Positions 49,091 to 62,627 of a DNA stretch of 64,000 bases are shown here, in pieces; position 1 is the first letter of the stretch, and each line of letters opens with the position of its first letter. The notes below the pieces were generated by a model, which had not been told where the DNA came from, did not search any database, and saw nothing but the letters and a program-made list of their open reading frames with translations. This DNA comes from Balanoglossus misakiensis (lineage: Eukaryota; Animalia; Hemichordata), in NCBI GenBank assembly GCA_040954595.2, contig CM082598.2, forward strand, positions 2,666,001-2,730,000, written 5' to 3'. A program made the translations under genes and the position numbers.

Positions 49091-51031
49091 AGGAATACAG
49101 TCGCCTAAATTTGACATATGCTGATATGTGTCTAAAAGGGATGTGTTTAAATCTTCCCATCTTTGAACACGTGCATTAAAAGGGATTTGAATTGAAAGTC
49201 TCATATATGACAGGACAAAAATATAAATTAAAAGTAATTTAATAAATAATTAGGAACATTTGGGACGGTCTTGTAGGGCTGTCCCTAGGAGTTTTTCATA
49301 TCAAGTTTGATGGTGCCCGAAAATGACTGTTGCTGGCCGACCGAGTCTGATGAAAACAGACAAAATTGTCACGACAAAAAGAGAGTAGACATGATTCCCT
49401 TGAAAGTATATCGCAAAAAGACTATTCTCGGTCTCGATTGAATACAAATGTAAAATCCAAAATGTAATATGGTGTTGTTAAACTGACAGGCAGGCAGACA
49501 GACAGACTTCGTTACTGCCCAATGCGTCAATTTGCCCTTCTCACAGTCAGCTGACATGCCATTCCCCAGATATCGTCAGAACTAATCTTTCATCGTTGTA
49601 TGCGAGTACATATTATTAATAAACTCCTTGTCTTTATTCGAAAATCTTGAGAACAGAACATGCGCAATATTAACAAATAGTGTACAGATATTTGTACAAG
49701 ACATAAAGAACAGAATGGACACGAATAGTTCAATCAAGTGTACGTGTACGCTGATATTACGTTAATGCCTTAGCAAGTCAGTTACAGCATAAAACAATAT
49801 AAGGTTGATGAAATGAAACAGAATTTATTCGATGCACTGTCTCTGTGAAGGAACGTGGAGCGGGAGTTGGAATGTCTCGGAATCGGTGTCATGGCCGACT
49901 TTGTTGTCTTTGTGTGTCCCCGAACGAAGGGATTTGTCAAAGAACTGCCATATGCATATCAATCTCGAGCATCATAATGTTGCCCCTCGTCGTAAAGCTT
50001 GATTTGTTTCCCTGTTGGACTCAGAACAGAAGTGGATGTTCTCGCGTCAAGTGGTGTTCCCTTCGTTGAGGAATTCTAGTAACGGCAAGAGGAAAATGTT
50101 CTTCCAAACAAATTTATGTTTGATTCGTTGACTGTCGATCGCCTTGCCGACGACCGTACAAGGTAACCTGTTTTTGACGGTTGTACAAGCAGATCAGCGT
50201 CATACAGACGACAATATGTGGCCTTCGCTGACTTGCCCGTATAACATGGTATACACGTTCAACATGTAGGCTTAGCATCTTGAATGAGAAAACACTAGTC
50301 ATTCACGTCGTTCGCCGCCATAATGTGATAGACCATCTGGAGAAAAGATGAACCAACGCAAACCAGACACCACGTGTGTGTACAAATACTTCCTCTTAAA
50401 GCACTGGCGATGACAAATTTGATAATTTCAGCAGGAGTTCCTATTTAAAGGCCGGGCAGTACTTTGCAACCATCCTGTCCAAAGCAAGTTTTGACTGCTT
50501 GCATTGGTTTGCAATGATTGTTGTTGTTTACACAGACAATTCATCTGTTCCATTATGGCGTCCATCTTTTCAGTCCATTTCCTTTTCTTGCTAAGCGTGT
50601 TCATTCTGGCGCCCATTTGCGCCACATTTTCTGATGAGGCCACGTTCCATAGTTCAGATGGTTTAAACTTCTATGAAATCTGAAAGTCAATGTGTACTTG
50701 GTGATATTTCGCGGTTCCGAGGCACGATCCACTGAAACACCTGACATGTAAATCTATCTTGTAGTGTCCGCTCGGGAGGTCATGGGTGAAAGGTGATTGC
50801 ACATGCGTAGTTCGGGGGAGATAGCTGATTGGCTGATTGTCTGTGACGTGTATCTGCCAGAACGAGGTGCGAGTAAAGACGTATTGGGAGTACTAGTATG
50901 TGAAGGGAACTCTGTGCACACTTGGAGGTGTACGCACGGGTTTCAGACAAACAGCCGTGATTTACTCGGGCACTGAAAGGTGTTCACAGAGGCAGCGCAT
51001 CCCAACAGCAACAACAGCGAGGTGGTCCTTC

Positions 51032-51562
51032 TTAGCTCGGGGGGTCATGGTCGCGCAGCACGGCCAGGAAACTGTGGAACTCTCGCTGCCTCTCGGCGCA
51101 GCAGTATGTCATCATTTGGGGCAGATTGCACTGTTTGTAACAACATTCGTCTAGCAGTCCCCTTTTCACAATTGAAGGTACACTCTTGGTAAAACTATTG
51201 GCTTCCTCCTTGCTTAAAAATGCTGTGGAATGAAACAAAGAGTCAAATTGAGTTAAAACAGACATACAAACGGAGAGTCAGGCAATCAGGAAGCGTTCGC
51301 CTTATTCCATTGACGAACAGAGAAATTCAGAATATAGACTGCCCTCTCATGACGTCACTGCATTCTTACCTTGACTGTCGGCTTCCTTTGCCGATCTCTC
51401 GATGGGTTGTGCATAGCAACCACTACATATTTGCCGCATCGTTTCCACCGTTCTCCCACAATGCCATTCCTTCCGCAACGCATCGCTGGTACAGATTAGG
51501 AGTACCGTCACCGTGGAGATAACTATAAGCTTTAAGCTAATCAGTGTTGTGTTTTTGTCCAT
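51032..51562 (-). CDS. Insulin-like prepropeptide, octinsulin type (8 Cys in B+A chains), 127 aa
   Basis: Exons 51562-51370 and 51222-51032 joined by a phase-1 GT-AG intron in the C-peptide, the typical insulin-family position. Signal peptide MDKNTTLISLKLIVISTVTVLLICTSDA; B chain EWHCGRTVETMRQICSGCYA; KR site; A chain GLLDECCYKQCNLPQMMTYCC plus extension. Kozak gcaaccATGG just after an acceptor (51569-51570). Confidence 0.95.
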
Positions 51563-53467
51563 GGTTGCCTAGAGAAAATGAGAGAATAGAAAACCACATT
51601 TAATTGGCTGCGTATTATTTAGAAGGCACGTGTTTCATCAGAAGGCACGTGTTTTTTGTTTGCGAACTACTGGAATCACATTACTACATTTTCCCAATGT
51701 ATTCTCTTTAATTTTACTCCATAACAGAGACTGGTGGCCAGTTTGAATTTCACATCTGAGATATTTTTGCTCTCTCATTGGAAATTTTGCACGCTGGCCC
51801 CCAATTTTCCTTCTCAAATTTTAAAGAGAAAAATCTAAAATTGTCTTGGGTAATTTATAAGAAAATGACTTCGATTTTCGAGGCTCATAGTACATTAAAG
51901 GGAGGTAGACAACGACGCGTGCAGGTGGCAAAGGATGGAAAATTGACTTAGAAGAAATGTTTGATTCCACAAGAGTACAGATTCAGGTTAACTCAACTTG
52001 AATTCTCGGCTTAAGTTTGTGCACTGAAGTATAAGTTTACTGCAGGATAAAATGAGATATACTTGTTTACCCACTACAGGGTTGGGATCTCCCCACCGTT
52101 CAGGTTCAATCTTACTTCCATCCCATCAATTATTCACCAGATAACAATATCAGATACAGTTGAAAATACACGAATCGGGTTTCCGCATGAACTAAAATCT
52201 GTCAACAGATGCGTATGTTGAACGCTGCTTCCCCCCCCCCCCCCCGACGAATCAAGTCGTTAGAAGTACGTAAAATTTAATCAACCCTTATGGCTGGCTG
52301 CTGTAGACAGTTTAACTGTAAGTTAAATATCACAGTCATTTATGGGAATATTATACGCGCTTTGGAGCTGTAACGCGATATGTGTGTTTTCTGTCGAGAC
52401 AGGGCTATTATGTTGGGTTATAGAGCCTACGGAAACGGTTTCTTCGTGCAAATCATATCTGCATTTATCGATAATGCGATCGAAAAATTCTTATGACATT
52501 TAAGCTTAACCAGTACTCTTCACATGAAACCGGAGCCTAGCCTTTTACTCGGCGAAAAACAGGCTTGGTGGATTGATGATGATTAGCATCGGATGATAGG
52601 TAGGGCGGTGTCTACAACAAACCATGGGGGAGGGGGGGGGGTAAAGAATGCACGACAACCTGCCAAAGCTGCCCTCAGTGATAGTTGCTTACTGGCAGTC
52701 CCCTAAGTTACGTGTCACAAAACTGAACCCTGGAAAAGAATCGAGGTCTGTCTATGTCCCTCCGACGTATCACACACGGCCCACCGGGGGTTTCATCTCG
52801 CTGACTGTCATGGGACGTCGGGAAATGTTTTCGTGGACCAAACACGAAGATCAGGTTACCCGCGCCCCCGCGCTACCGTATTAAAACGCCAGCTAAACGC
52901 CGGTGTTATACAATGGGCATGCACGCAATGTATACACACACGCCGATCATGACAAATAAGCTTTCTTGTTCTCAACAGGAATCTGTAGCAATTAATATGG
53001 TCTGTACAATACTGAAAACATGCTAAACTTTTGCAGTTGCTGTGAATTTAAGTGCGTGTCTCCCATTATACAGAGAATTTTACAAAAATTACAATATTCT
53101 AAATTTTGAGTAGTTTAAACTCACGGACAGATGGTGCAGTCAAGACCAGTGCGTTCGAAGGCCATCAACCGCTCGGAGAAACTCGAGAGTTAAAGCATGA
53201 TGCGACCGATCGAAAGAACATGTTCAACTTGAAAAGGTTACCGCTGTGAACTAAATGATTTTAAAAACTTTCCTGATAAAAAACATCTTGTGGGCCTTTA
53301 AGTAGTGTGACAGAACTATCGATCGCGTTGTACTGTGTTGAAAGGTTGTCTAGAATTTGATATGGAAGCGACCCGAAATTGCAAATCAATAGTAACTGTT
53401 TCTGTCATTAGCATACAGCTGTTGGACAGTAGGCCCCTGTGCACAAAAATCTAACAGTTCAGACGAT

Positions 53468-53765
53468 ACTTACGATCAATACAACGAAACCTGTGCCGAC
53501 CAGACTGTTCGTGAGAGTTTTTTCTATAGGACATACAACATTGGAATAATTTTTACAATTGTGGTTTTGAGCCAAGGCAGAAAACATCCTTTCAAAAGAC
53601 TTGAAATCCTGGCATGCCAGGCAGGGAAAATGCATTTTCTGATCATGACCTCAACCGCTTTTGGCGGGAAGTTGCCGTCGACAATCTGCGGCAGAGCTAT
53701 TTTAGAAGGCATTAAATGCAAGCGCCTAAACGTGATACGGCAATTGCTTTTTATAGACGTCATGA
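53468..53765 (-). promoter_or_regulatory. Candidate promoter and non-coding first exon of the insulin-like gene
   Basis: Minus strand ATGACGTC abutting TATAAAAAG (53763-53747); donor |gtaagt at 53473; full CRE at 53947. Confidence 0.4.
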
Positions 53766-56700
53766 AATTTATTAAGTGTTAACGCCGCGTTTCGTTCAAA
53801 AGTGATTCATCCTTTGCTCCCTGTCCGACGTAAAAATGGTAATTAAATGTTTGATGACACGTATAAGTCACTTTCTTATTAAAGCAATCAAAACGACCGT
53901 GGCAGACTCCTCTCGTACGCTTTAATTTTATCCATCGACGTGTTTCTGACGTCATCCAGGTGCGGGGCGCGCGCTTCGCTGGCCTCGGCGCCAGCGTTAA
54001 GCTGACGAGTGCGGAGAAGCAGGCCCGGATGGGGGGCTAATGTTTGTGGGCGGAGGGTTTTGCTTGCCCAGCTGGGGCGAGATGCGCCCTTGCTGCTCGT
54101 TTGTGTGCATGGAAACACTTGCTGGAACAAGTGATCAAATTGACCAGCTGCAAACGAGGAGATTGCGTGTCATAGAACTCAGGAAGAAAAGACAAGTTAA
54201 ACGCTACCGACTTAAAATTTTCTGTCATTGCATACAAAACAAAAGTGGTACTTATATACAGAGTGTGGGTAGCGATATAACAGCGTTTCAGTGAGTAAAA
54301 CATAATTGTCTATCAAAAGAAAGTATTATCTATCAATACTTCGTTATGCTCGGGTAAAGATGTCTTTGAATCAAGTTAGGGTAGCACAACATCAAAAAAG
54401 CTATCGATGGATAGTTTCAAAGTATTAGCAAGCGCTCGCAGTTCTTTCTGCAGAGTCAGCCCGAAGACGCGCCTCGCGGACATTCACTGATTTCTCAGTC
54501 CAACAGCGAATCACACCGTAGATCGGTGAAATAAAGAAAATGAAACAGTCTTGGTTAGTGAACGCCTCGCTCAAATGGATGCTATTCATCCACACAGGTT
54601 GTCATGGTACTCACCTCTGCCGGACTGCGCGCTAAGGGAGACAGCAGCGTTGTGCAGGTCGCGCTCCGCCGGGGACCTGAATTTAAACGAATCCGAACAG
54701 CTGCTGTGTGTGGGCACGAACAGGCATCGGGTTGTACCGACGATCGAGTTTCATGTTCCACCGTCTCCCCACTTTGTGACTAATTCGACTTATGTAACCA
54801 AATCAAACCGGCATTAAATGCCCACTTAGAATGTTTCTTCAAGTGGAACCGTTGAATTTTGTTTTTGCAGCCGAAGTGTGGCGCCAATTGAGAACGCCTC
54901 AAAGCGAGTCATATTAATGTAACCCGGATATGTTATCGCGTGGCACGATTTTTTTTGCCGAAAACAGGGCGACGCGATCGAATGTCGTCCGCCATAGTTT
55001 ATGAATGGTTGTTAAGTTTTAGTGAAAGTGTGTAATCAATACTTCGTTATGGTTGGACAAGATGCCGTGTCTTCGCTTAAATCCCTTCAGGATACGCCAT
55101 TTATCGGAGAATTTCATGATTTGGAGTACAGAGACACAACAACCTGAGGGGACGGCGTGCAACGGTTTCTCAGCTTTCTGTCAGATGTTCTGTATTCGCA
55201 TGCCGCCGTGCGTCAGTGAAAGTCCCAGCGCCGCGCGATTCAACCGTTCTCCGTAAACTTCGCGAGAAGCCGGTGTACATTACATTGTGAGGAGGATCGA
55301 TCCGCGGCACTATATCGTCCCAGCCGTTCGATCCAGTTCACTTCAAGAGGCTTCTGTCGGCCTACTCGTTGCCTGTCTGCGCGGCCACTTGCGAGTGTCG
55401 ACAAGTCAACATGGTTTGGCGTTTTCATATAGTTCTTCAGCGAGACCCGGTCGATACAAGCGAAAGCTTTGACTTTTTAACGAGAGCAACTTCAGTTAAT
55501 AAGTTGCGTGTATCGTTTTTCTCGGGAGTCTGAAGGGGCCGGAAACTGAAACCTCGCCATTCGCAGCTTCACACTGGTCATGACGCATTCAAAAACCGAC
55601 AATCTGTCGCCATTGCACCGTGGACATTACTGTTCTGGTATATAGTGTCTGTCTTCGCGTTCCTTGTAATGAAGTTTTGTAGGATACGCTCATTTTCTAA
55701 CCAGTATCTTCATCATCAGTCCGTCCACTGTCTGTCTGTCAGTCAGTCAGCTAGTCCGTCCGTCCTCCTGTCGGCCAGTCCCCCTAATAATGGACTCTTC
55801 CTATCAAACAGCAACCCACAATTCACTCATCCAACTTTCCATCGCACTAAAAAGAGTCTATCACCGCTCCTTATCGGAATCACGCTCAAATGCGTTAAAC
55901 ACTCCGATCAATGCAGCATAGCCAAGTCCTTGAGATATACCTCACGAGGTTCTGCAATTAGACGCTGACCAAAGCTCGTTCGGTTGAAAGGTTCCCTTTG
56001 CAAATCAACTATTAGTCTGTTTTCCTCCCAGTTAATTACAGTATAACTGCGTGGAGTAAAGACACACAAGCACTTTTGTTGTTTTGCAGGCGACTTTTTC
56101 TAGCTGTGGGTTCTAGCGTTGGTTCTCTGAGATTTACCGGCCCGCTTTAATACAAGCTCCCTGACGTAAGAATATAGGACACAGATTACATATATAGAGT
56201 ATTCAAAGCTCTAGTTTCACTCTAATAGTCACCAGCCAGACTTTGTAATACTTTAAACAAGTAAACATTATCCCGTTCCTCAAGTCGACGCCCTGTTGAT
56301 AATATCTCATTATTTTATCCAGGTTCTCTCCAGTCTCAGGTATATATCAAACGTATCATGTGAAAAAAAACAAAGCATTTACTGTCCATATTCTGCGTTT
56401 TACATAAATGTAATCCAAACTTATACAGTGCACTCTTCAATCGTAACTTAAAGGGACACAGTTGTTAACTTTTGATATTCTTTTTAGTTATTGTGTTTTC
56501 TTTTGATTGGTTATTTTCAGTGTTTTACTCATTGAAACATGCCCAATGGCATGCTGTCATTGCTTAAAAAAATCATTTGGTTGCCACGCGAAAAGAATTG
56601 CACCACCAAACAGTCAAGTCTTATCCATTACTTGAATGGACATATGTAAAATACGAGTGATTGTATAGCCAACTGAAAATGATCTGAACTACTTAATGAC

Positions 56701-57294
56701 ATCCAATTAGGGCGAAGCTGAAGGATTCAAATTGCTAGGCAACGGTTGCCAGGGAGATTTTTCAAAGCCAACACGGAAATGTACAGGTTATTTGTTTGAT
56801 TTTCTTTGAATGATAACGAATACAGGACAGTAAAGATAGACGGAACTGATGAAGGTTTGGGCGTACGTTTTGGTCAGTGACGTCACGGATACGCAAATGT
56901 TGACAGAAAATAAGTCTCAGATCCTTGGACAGTGTTCGTGTCCTGATTCCAACCTGACGAACTCTCACACTTATTTATCATGCGACATCTTCCGAGTGTT
57001 TAAGGAGGCGAGTCGTGCTTTCTTGTGCCAGGTCTTCATAACCCGAGTGCCATAAATTTCATCTAGTGCCTATATCAGTCTGTCAAAGTTAATGATTCTG
57101 GAATACTTCATAGTCACGATAATATTGATGTTAAACAGTGTCTGGCACTGATTGCTATAATTTTTCTATTACCACTCTTTCAATTTATTGAGTCATATCA
57201 TTGACGGTAAACATTAATTACTGATATTTATATGAAATCAATCATTTTCGACAGTGTGGTGCAGACAATAGACAGATGACTGGGTGGGTCGTTA

Positions 57295-57412
57295 GACAAG
57301 CAGACAGACAGACAGACAGACAGACACATACATACATACATACATACATACATACATACATACATACATACATACATACATACATACATACAGTGTCACT
57401 CACACACACACT
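57295..57412. repeat. (CAGA)n(CATA)n(CA)n compound microsatellite
   Basis: Read directly. Confidence 0.95.
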
Positions 57413-60400
57413 CAAACACAAACATATAGGGACACATAACAAGGGCCGAATCGAGCACGTAACGTTGGCTGTGATATTTTAACCTAAGTCTGTAGTATTC
57501 AAATATTTGTATCAGTTTATTGTGTGAGTCATCGTTCAGGAAACCAACAGAGCGAGTAACCGTGCTTGATGTAGACATATTGATATGTGCATAAGCCATA
57601 TAACTTTAGTAATGGAAACTATAATATTTCCCAATCTGCATACGGAATGGATGTAAAACTCGCTAACTGCGTCACGCCATTTTCAGGTCAGCCCACCAGG
57701 GAATACACGGTCGAAAAATCAATTTCTGCTCCGTCGTGACTAATTAGAATATGAAGATTCCCATTCTCAGTGGCTAATGCAATCAATATCTATTTGCAAA
57801 ATCTCCACGTGGTTTATAGTTTGACGTCGACGGGGTAACGGGATGACTCCATTAGCGGCCTCTGTGCTCGGACTTTCGTGGTCAGTTACATTTCTGGGGA
57901 CGTTCTATTTAAATATACACAATCCGACCCTTAGTTTTCATAAATGTCTTGTAAATAAATCATTAAATAATCGTCGAATATCTCAGTAGTGTTGAACAGG
58001 TATGCAACGTTTGATAAATATCTTTCAATTCTGTCATTAAAAACGTCGAATATCTCTATACGTTATATCTGGCAGCGACAAGTAAGTACTGGTCAAATGT
58101 TATCATCTTAGCACAAGATAAAGGCTATTAGAGTAATTACTAGCTTCCGTCTTCAATTAAGCGTTTCAATTTACACTTCGGAGAACCCCGACGGGCCGGG
58201 ATAAACAAATTAATTCTGTACCCGCGGATAAAAATATCACTGAAGTGAAAAAGTCACTTATGAATCGTGAACACTGGCGGTGTACAGTTTCCTCACGACA
58301 AATTCGCAGAAAGTTGAATACATGCCGGGAACGTGATCACATCCGCTTAATATCGACAATCGATTCCGTGACGAATGCATGATGCGATTCAAAGACTGTG
58401 TTGATATTTGAGGTCACGGAAAATCGACTCGCGTGGTTCACTCCGCCCAGTGTGCTTGACTTCGGAGTGCATTGTAACGGTATAAACATGTGTACTACTA
58501 ATTCACTGAATATTTCAATCTCACTATTGTCAGAGGCTTTTACAAGTATCGTCTTTCACTCTAATTAAAAAAAAGTGGTTAGATCCTGTGTTGAGAGGAA
58601 GAAGAATGAAAATCTCATCTTTAATAGAAATGGGTTTCAAGAAATCTTCGATATATGTTTTCTTACCGTCTATTACAGTCAGGATCCCGTCTTATGGGAA
58701 CCGACTTAATTTACATAATCGCCTATGACGTCATCTTGCTCATACAGGAAGATGATGATTCAAAGACGACTGATCAAAATCGGTCGCTAAAAGGGCCCCA
58801 GTAATATCGACACATGAAGTGACCATCATATCGAGCAGTATAAAATGTGTTAAGTCAGGGAATGTTGTAACTGTTTCCAGTGTTAAACCACAATACGGTT
58901 GAAATATATGCAAATCATATACAAATTTAAAACAGTATAAAAAGTTCGCACTAAAAATACTCGACGTTTAGAATTTTTCACATCTGCCAAAGCTAGCATA
59001 CTGATGTTCTGTACACATCAGGACGTTCTGTCTTCATTGTGCATAGTATACACATGTTCAACTCCGCCAAACACGACACTCGCCTTTTTGTGATCAAGTA
59101 ATCCTACCAAAACGTTGTATGAATATTATTTAAAGTTCACCTGGTTTGAATGTTCTCTCTTCTATTCAGCTAGACGTTAGGTTGTCAATTGACTGTGCCC
59201 CAATGTTTTTTTAAAAAACTTACGAATTATGTGGGTAAATGTATTTTTACGACATAATTCTTCAATAAGTACAATTTACTTCAAGCTTGACATCGTCTTA
59301 CATGAAAAGCCCTCTGGCAGACGGATTTTTGTTTTCTGAGAGAGAAATGAATATTAGCGGTGTAAGAGGGCAGTCTGAAATGACGTCATCCTGGTCTGTC
59401 GTGACGTTTCGGTGGCTTTTCGATCCACCCAATAGATTATATCCATAACTCTTACAGAGAAATGATATCATTATAGTTGAGATTAATTACCATTTAAGTC
59501 ATTAACTTACCGTAGCCAATCAATCTAGGAAACGCGCGCGTAATATTGAACAGGTCTCAATCTGAAACGAGCGAACTTTGCCATTATGATACGGGCTAGC
59601 ATAGGCTCTCGCCTGAGGACGAGGAATATAAATCATAAAGTACCCTCTTTCCATTTATCGTTTTTTTCTCCTTTTTGGCAAGAATCGAGCATTCATAATA
59701 ATTCGTGGGCATTTAAAATGAATCCCATATATTTCTCTGTCTCGTTTGAATTGTCAACTTCCGAAGTGCATTTCCGAATGATAAGTTTCACCCGAAGTTC
59801 TGTGACGGCACAGTGACCAATGTACGTCGTTGGTGTCCATGGACATGATTATAACTTCACAAACCTGTCGCATACTCAGTTGCTTCCTGTTCGGAAGTCT
59901 CAATTAATCAAGGCACGTTCGACAGGCTTCCCTTTCCATTCATGCGAAAGAAGACAAGGATATAAGCTCCGTTGTTTGACAGTTGAAATCTAAATGTCAA
60001 CCATCCGCATTATTGTCTTGCCCAAAGGAAATTCTCTGTCGACATGCGTGTGTATGTGCTTTTTTATCGACGGCTGTAATAGCTGTAAGAAAGCAACGTC
60101 ATCGTGTAGGCAAGAAAGAATCGAATATACCGGTACTTCTTGATATTTAAGAACGCTATTGGTATTTCAGAAAGCCGGGAGGTAGTTCTATCATGGAAAA
60201 ATATTAAATTAATGAATTTGACTGCCTAATGCTTACTTAACAAGCAAGGGGCGTTGAACAGACTTGTACGAAGAGCATTATTCACTCACACTACTTCTTA
60301 TTTATGCGGCTTGATGTAAATCATCACTCTCATACACACCGAGTTAAGCCCTTATTCAAATCATACGTTGTAATTCTTTCAGTAATGCATTAAAGCAGAC

Positions 60401-62301
60401 GCCCACGTAATTCCGCACCGCGTTTGTAGTGAGTTAAGGTGGTGATATACGCAGAATTTAGAATATTGTCACTTTCCTGATATTTATATATGTTGTATAT
60501 CATCGAATTTTAAATACAAAAGTATAGAAATAAACAGGGTGTTTCATCCTGCTTGTCAGTTAGGGGTCAATAACAATGGGGAAAATGCTGCGTCAGCACT
60601 TTTCTTTCATCCTCCATGCTATAGTTTTCCTCTGGTGAAAACATCCGAAGAGCTCTATCAAAAATCAAGCATGGTGACGTACATTTAGGGCTATAGTATA
60701 AGATAACCATGCACTTCATCGGGTTACCATGGCCACTACGCACGTGGGCGGGGTAGCTTCAAGTCCGCGCGCGTGTTCACACCCATGGAGTTGGCTGGCA
60801 GTAACACATCCACGCACAAAGTTCCCGCTGTGGCTACTCAGTGAGAATACGTGTGATAGTATGAATTTATCCTTCTTGATGGAGTACATGTAATTAGGTT
60901 CAGCGTGACAAACTCAATAATATTCCTCCGTAGCATAGTTCACACGTACTGCGCCCTTGGCGACAGGTCAAGTTCAGCTTCAACTGCATTTTGATGAGAT
61001 GCGGTTTAAAGTGTTGCTTCTCGTACCACTGACACGAAATTCGTTTTTCACGTTTAACGTGACATTATGGCAGCTTTTTGGCAGAATAGCGTATTAAAAT
61101 GTGTCGTACATCCATAATTGCGCAAATAAACACCTCGTTTTTCGGTTCAAATACTCAGAAATAAGACGGCTGTGGCGGGCATATTTTCAAAGAAAACCGT
61201 ATTTTGGCTTTGTATCTCTGAGGTACTACCATTTAATACATTGGCCAATTTCCGTTTCGCCAGAATCAAAACGTTTTATTTTGCTCTCGCGTTGTCTGTG
61301 AAATCCTGTTATCGTTGATGTATAAATTTTCTTTCAAATGACTCAACGATTCCCAGGTGAGCTAACCTTTCGGCTAGAAAGGCACCATAAAACGATTGTT
61401 GTGTATGTTTTACAAAACCGTTTTCTGTATGTAATTGCCCTCACTGTATTGGGTTTTGTAAGCGTTCCCGCCCGCCATATAATCGACTTTTTTTCTTGTA
61501 AGTAACTTGCTCAAAAACGTACGTCATAGGGTTGAACGCTCCTATGTGTCTAACTCATCGAACCCCGGAGTGATTTCTGCGTTGTCTCGCGATTATCTTA
61601 AATTAAGCTAACAGAAAGATTACACGTGCAATTTGTGTGAAAAAAGAGAAAGCTCAAAATAGCCTGGTACATCGTCTATTTCTTCCCTCGGGCTAATTTT
61701 TAATTTGGTTTAAATCTTCAGCTGCTTTGAATGGTTCGCATTTTGTTTAATAGCGCGAGTCTGTAAAAACGGACATTTTCTGGCTGTGTGCTCTGTCAGT
61801 GAAAGTAATTATATAACATTTTCGTTACTTTGTGAGAAACATTTAAGATGTGCATTATTATAGGGCGTCGAAAAGTCCAATGTCATCCTATTTTCGTCAT
61901 GCATCACTTTATGCGCCTATCTGGTTCACTGCAGGGTGCGGAAACTCAATCAAATTATCAACGTGAAACATCTAAAATTACTTCTTTTTAACAAAACGGA
62001 CATTTTTCCAAGTATAATAGCATACAGGAAGAGCATATTGTTCAGAGTAATTGCCAGTGTGCCCACGATATTGTAGTGCAGGCCTTTTGAATTCTGTTTT
62101 GTGAACGACACTGAGTTCTGTGAATTTACATGTAGTAGACACAAGCACATGGTGTTTACAAGTTAGAGTAGGTAACAGAGCGGGTTATTAACATGTTGCA
62201 AGTGTGGCATCTGTTCGGTGACATCTAGTACGCCAATCAGCTTCTGAGACCGCGTTTGAAACAGTCGTGATGCAAAACTGGTCATATAAAAGGTCGATGC
62301 T

Positions 62302-62627
62302 TCAGGTCGTAGGGGCTCTACTCTGCTTCCAGCGTTTCTCTGGTCGCCGTGTGTTGCTTCCGGGTACAAAGTCACCGTCCATGTCCGTGCGTTCGCCTGT
62401 TGCGGGCTTAGGATACCTACCAGTGTTTACGTCAACATTGTCCACTAACCGTCCACCGTCTCCGAACAGTTGTGAAGCCAGTAGCTCCGTTCCAGGCCCA
62501 GGAAATCGCCGTTTCGTCGGTTGCCGGACCTTGCTTCGTCGTTCTTCGCTCGGGGACTCTGGACATTGCTCTTGTCGTGAGCCATAATGACACAGCAAGC
62601 TAAAGACGCAGCAACACCCGCGTTTAA
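62302..62627 (-). CDS. Probable terminal coding exon of a gene extending beyond the window
   Basis: GC-rich block after minus-strand acceptor caattcacctcag; the phase-1 frame reads xKRGCCCVFSLLCHYGSRQEQCPESPSEERRSK...RAPTT* (~108 codons). A shorter phase-0 frame (60 codons) is also open. Confidence 0.4.

Noticed and set aside
50428-50643. Minus-strand 71-aa ORF with KKRK
   Set aside because: Short, non-ATG start in the track, no splice or homology support; lies in the presumed 3' UTR of the insulin-like gene.
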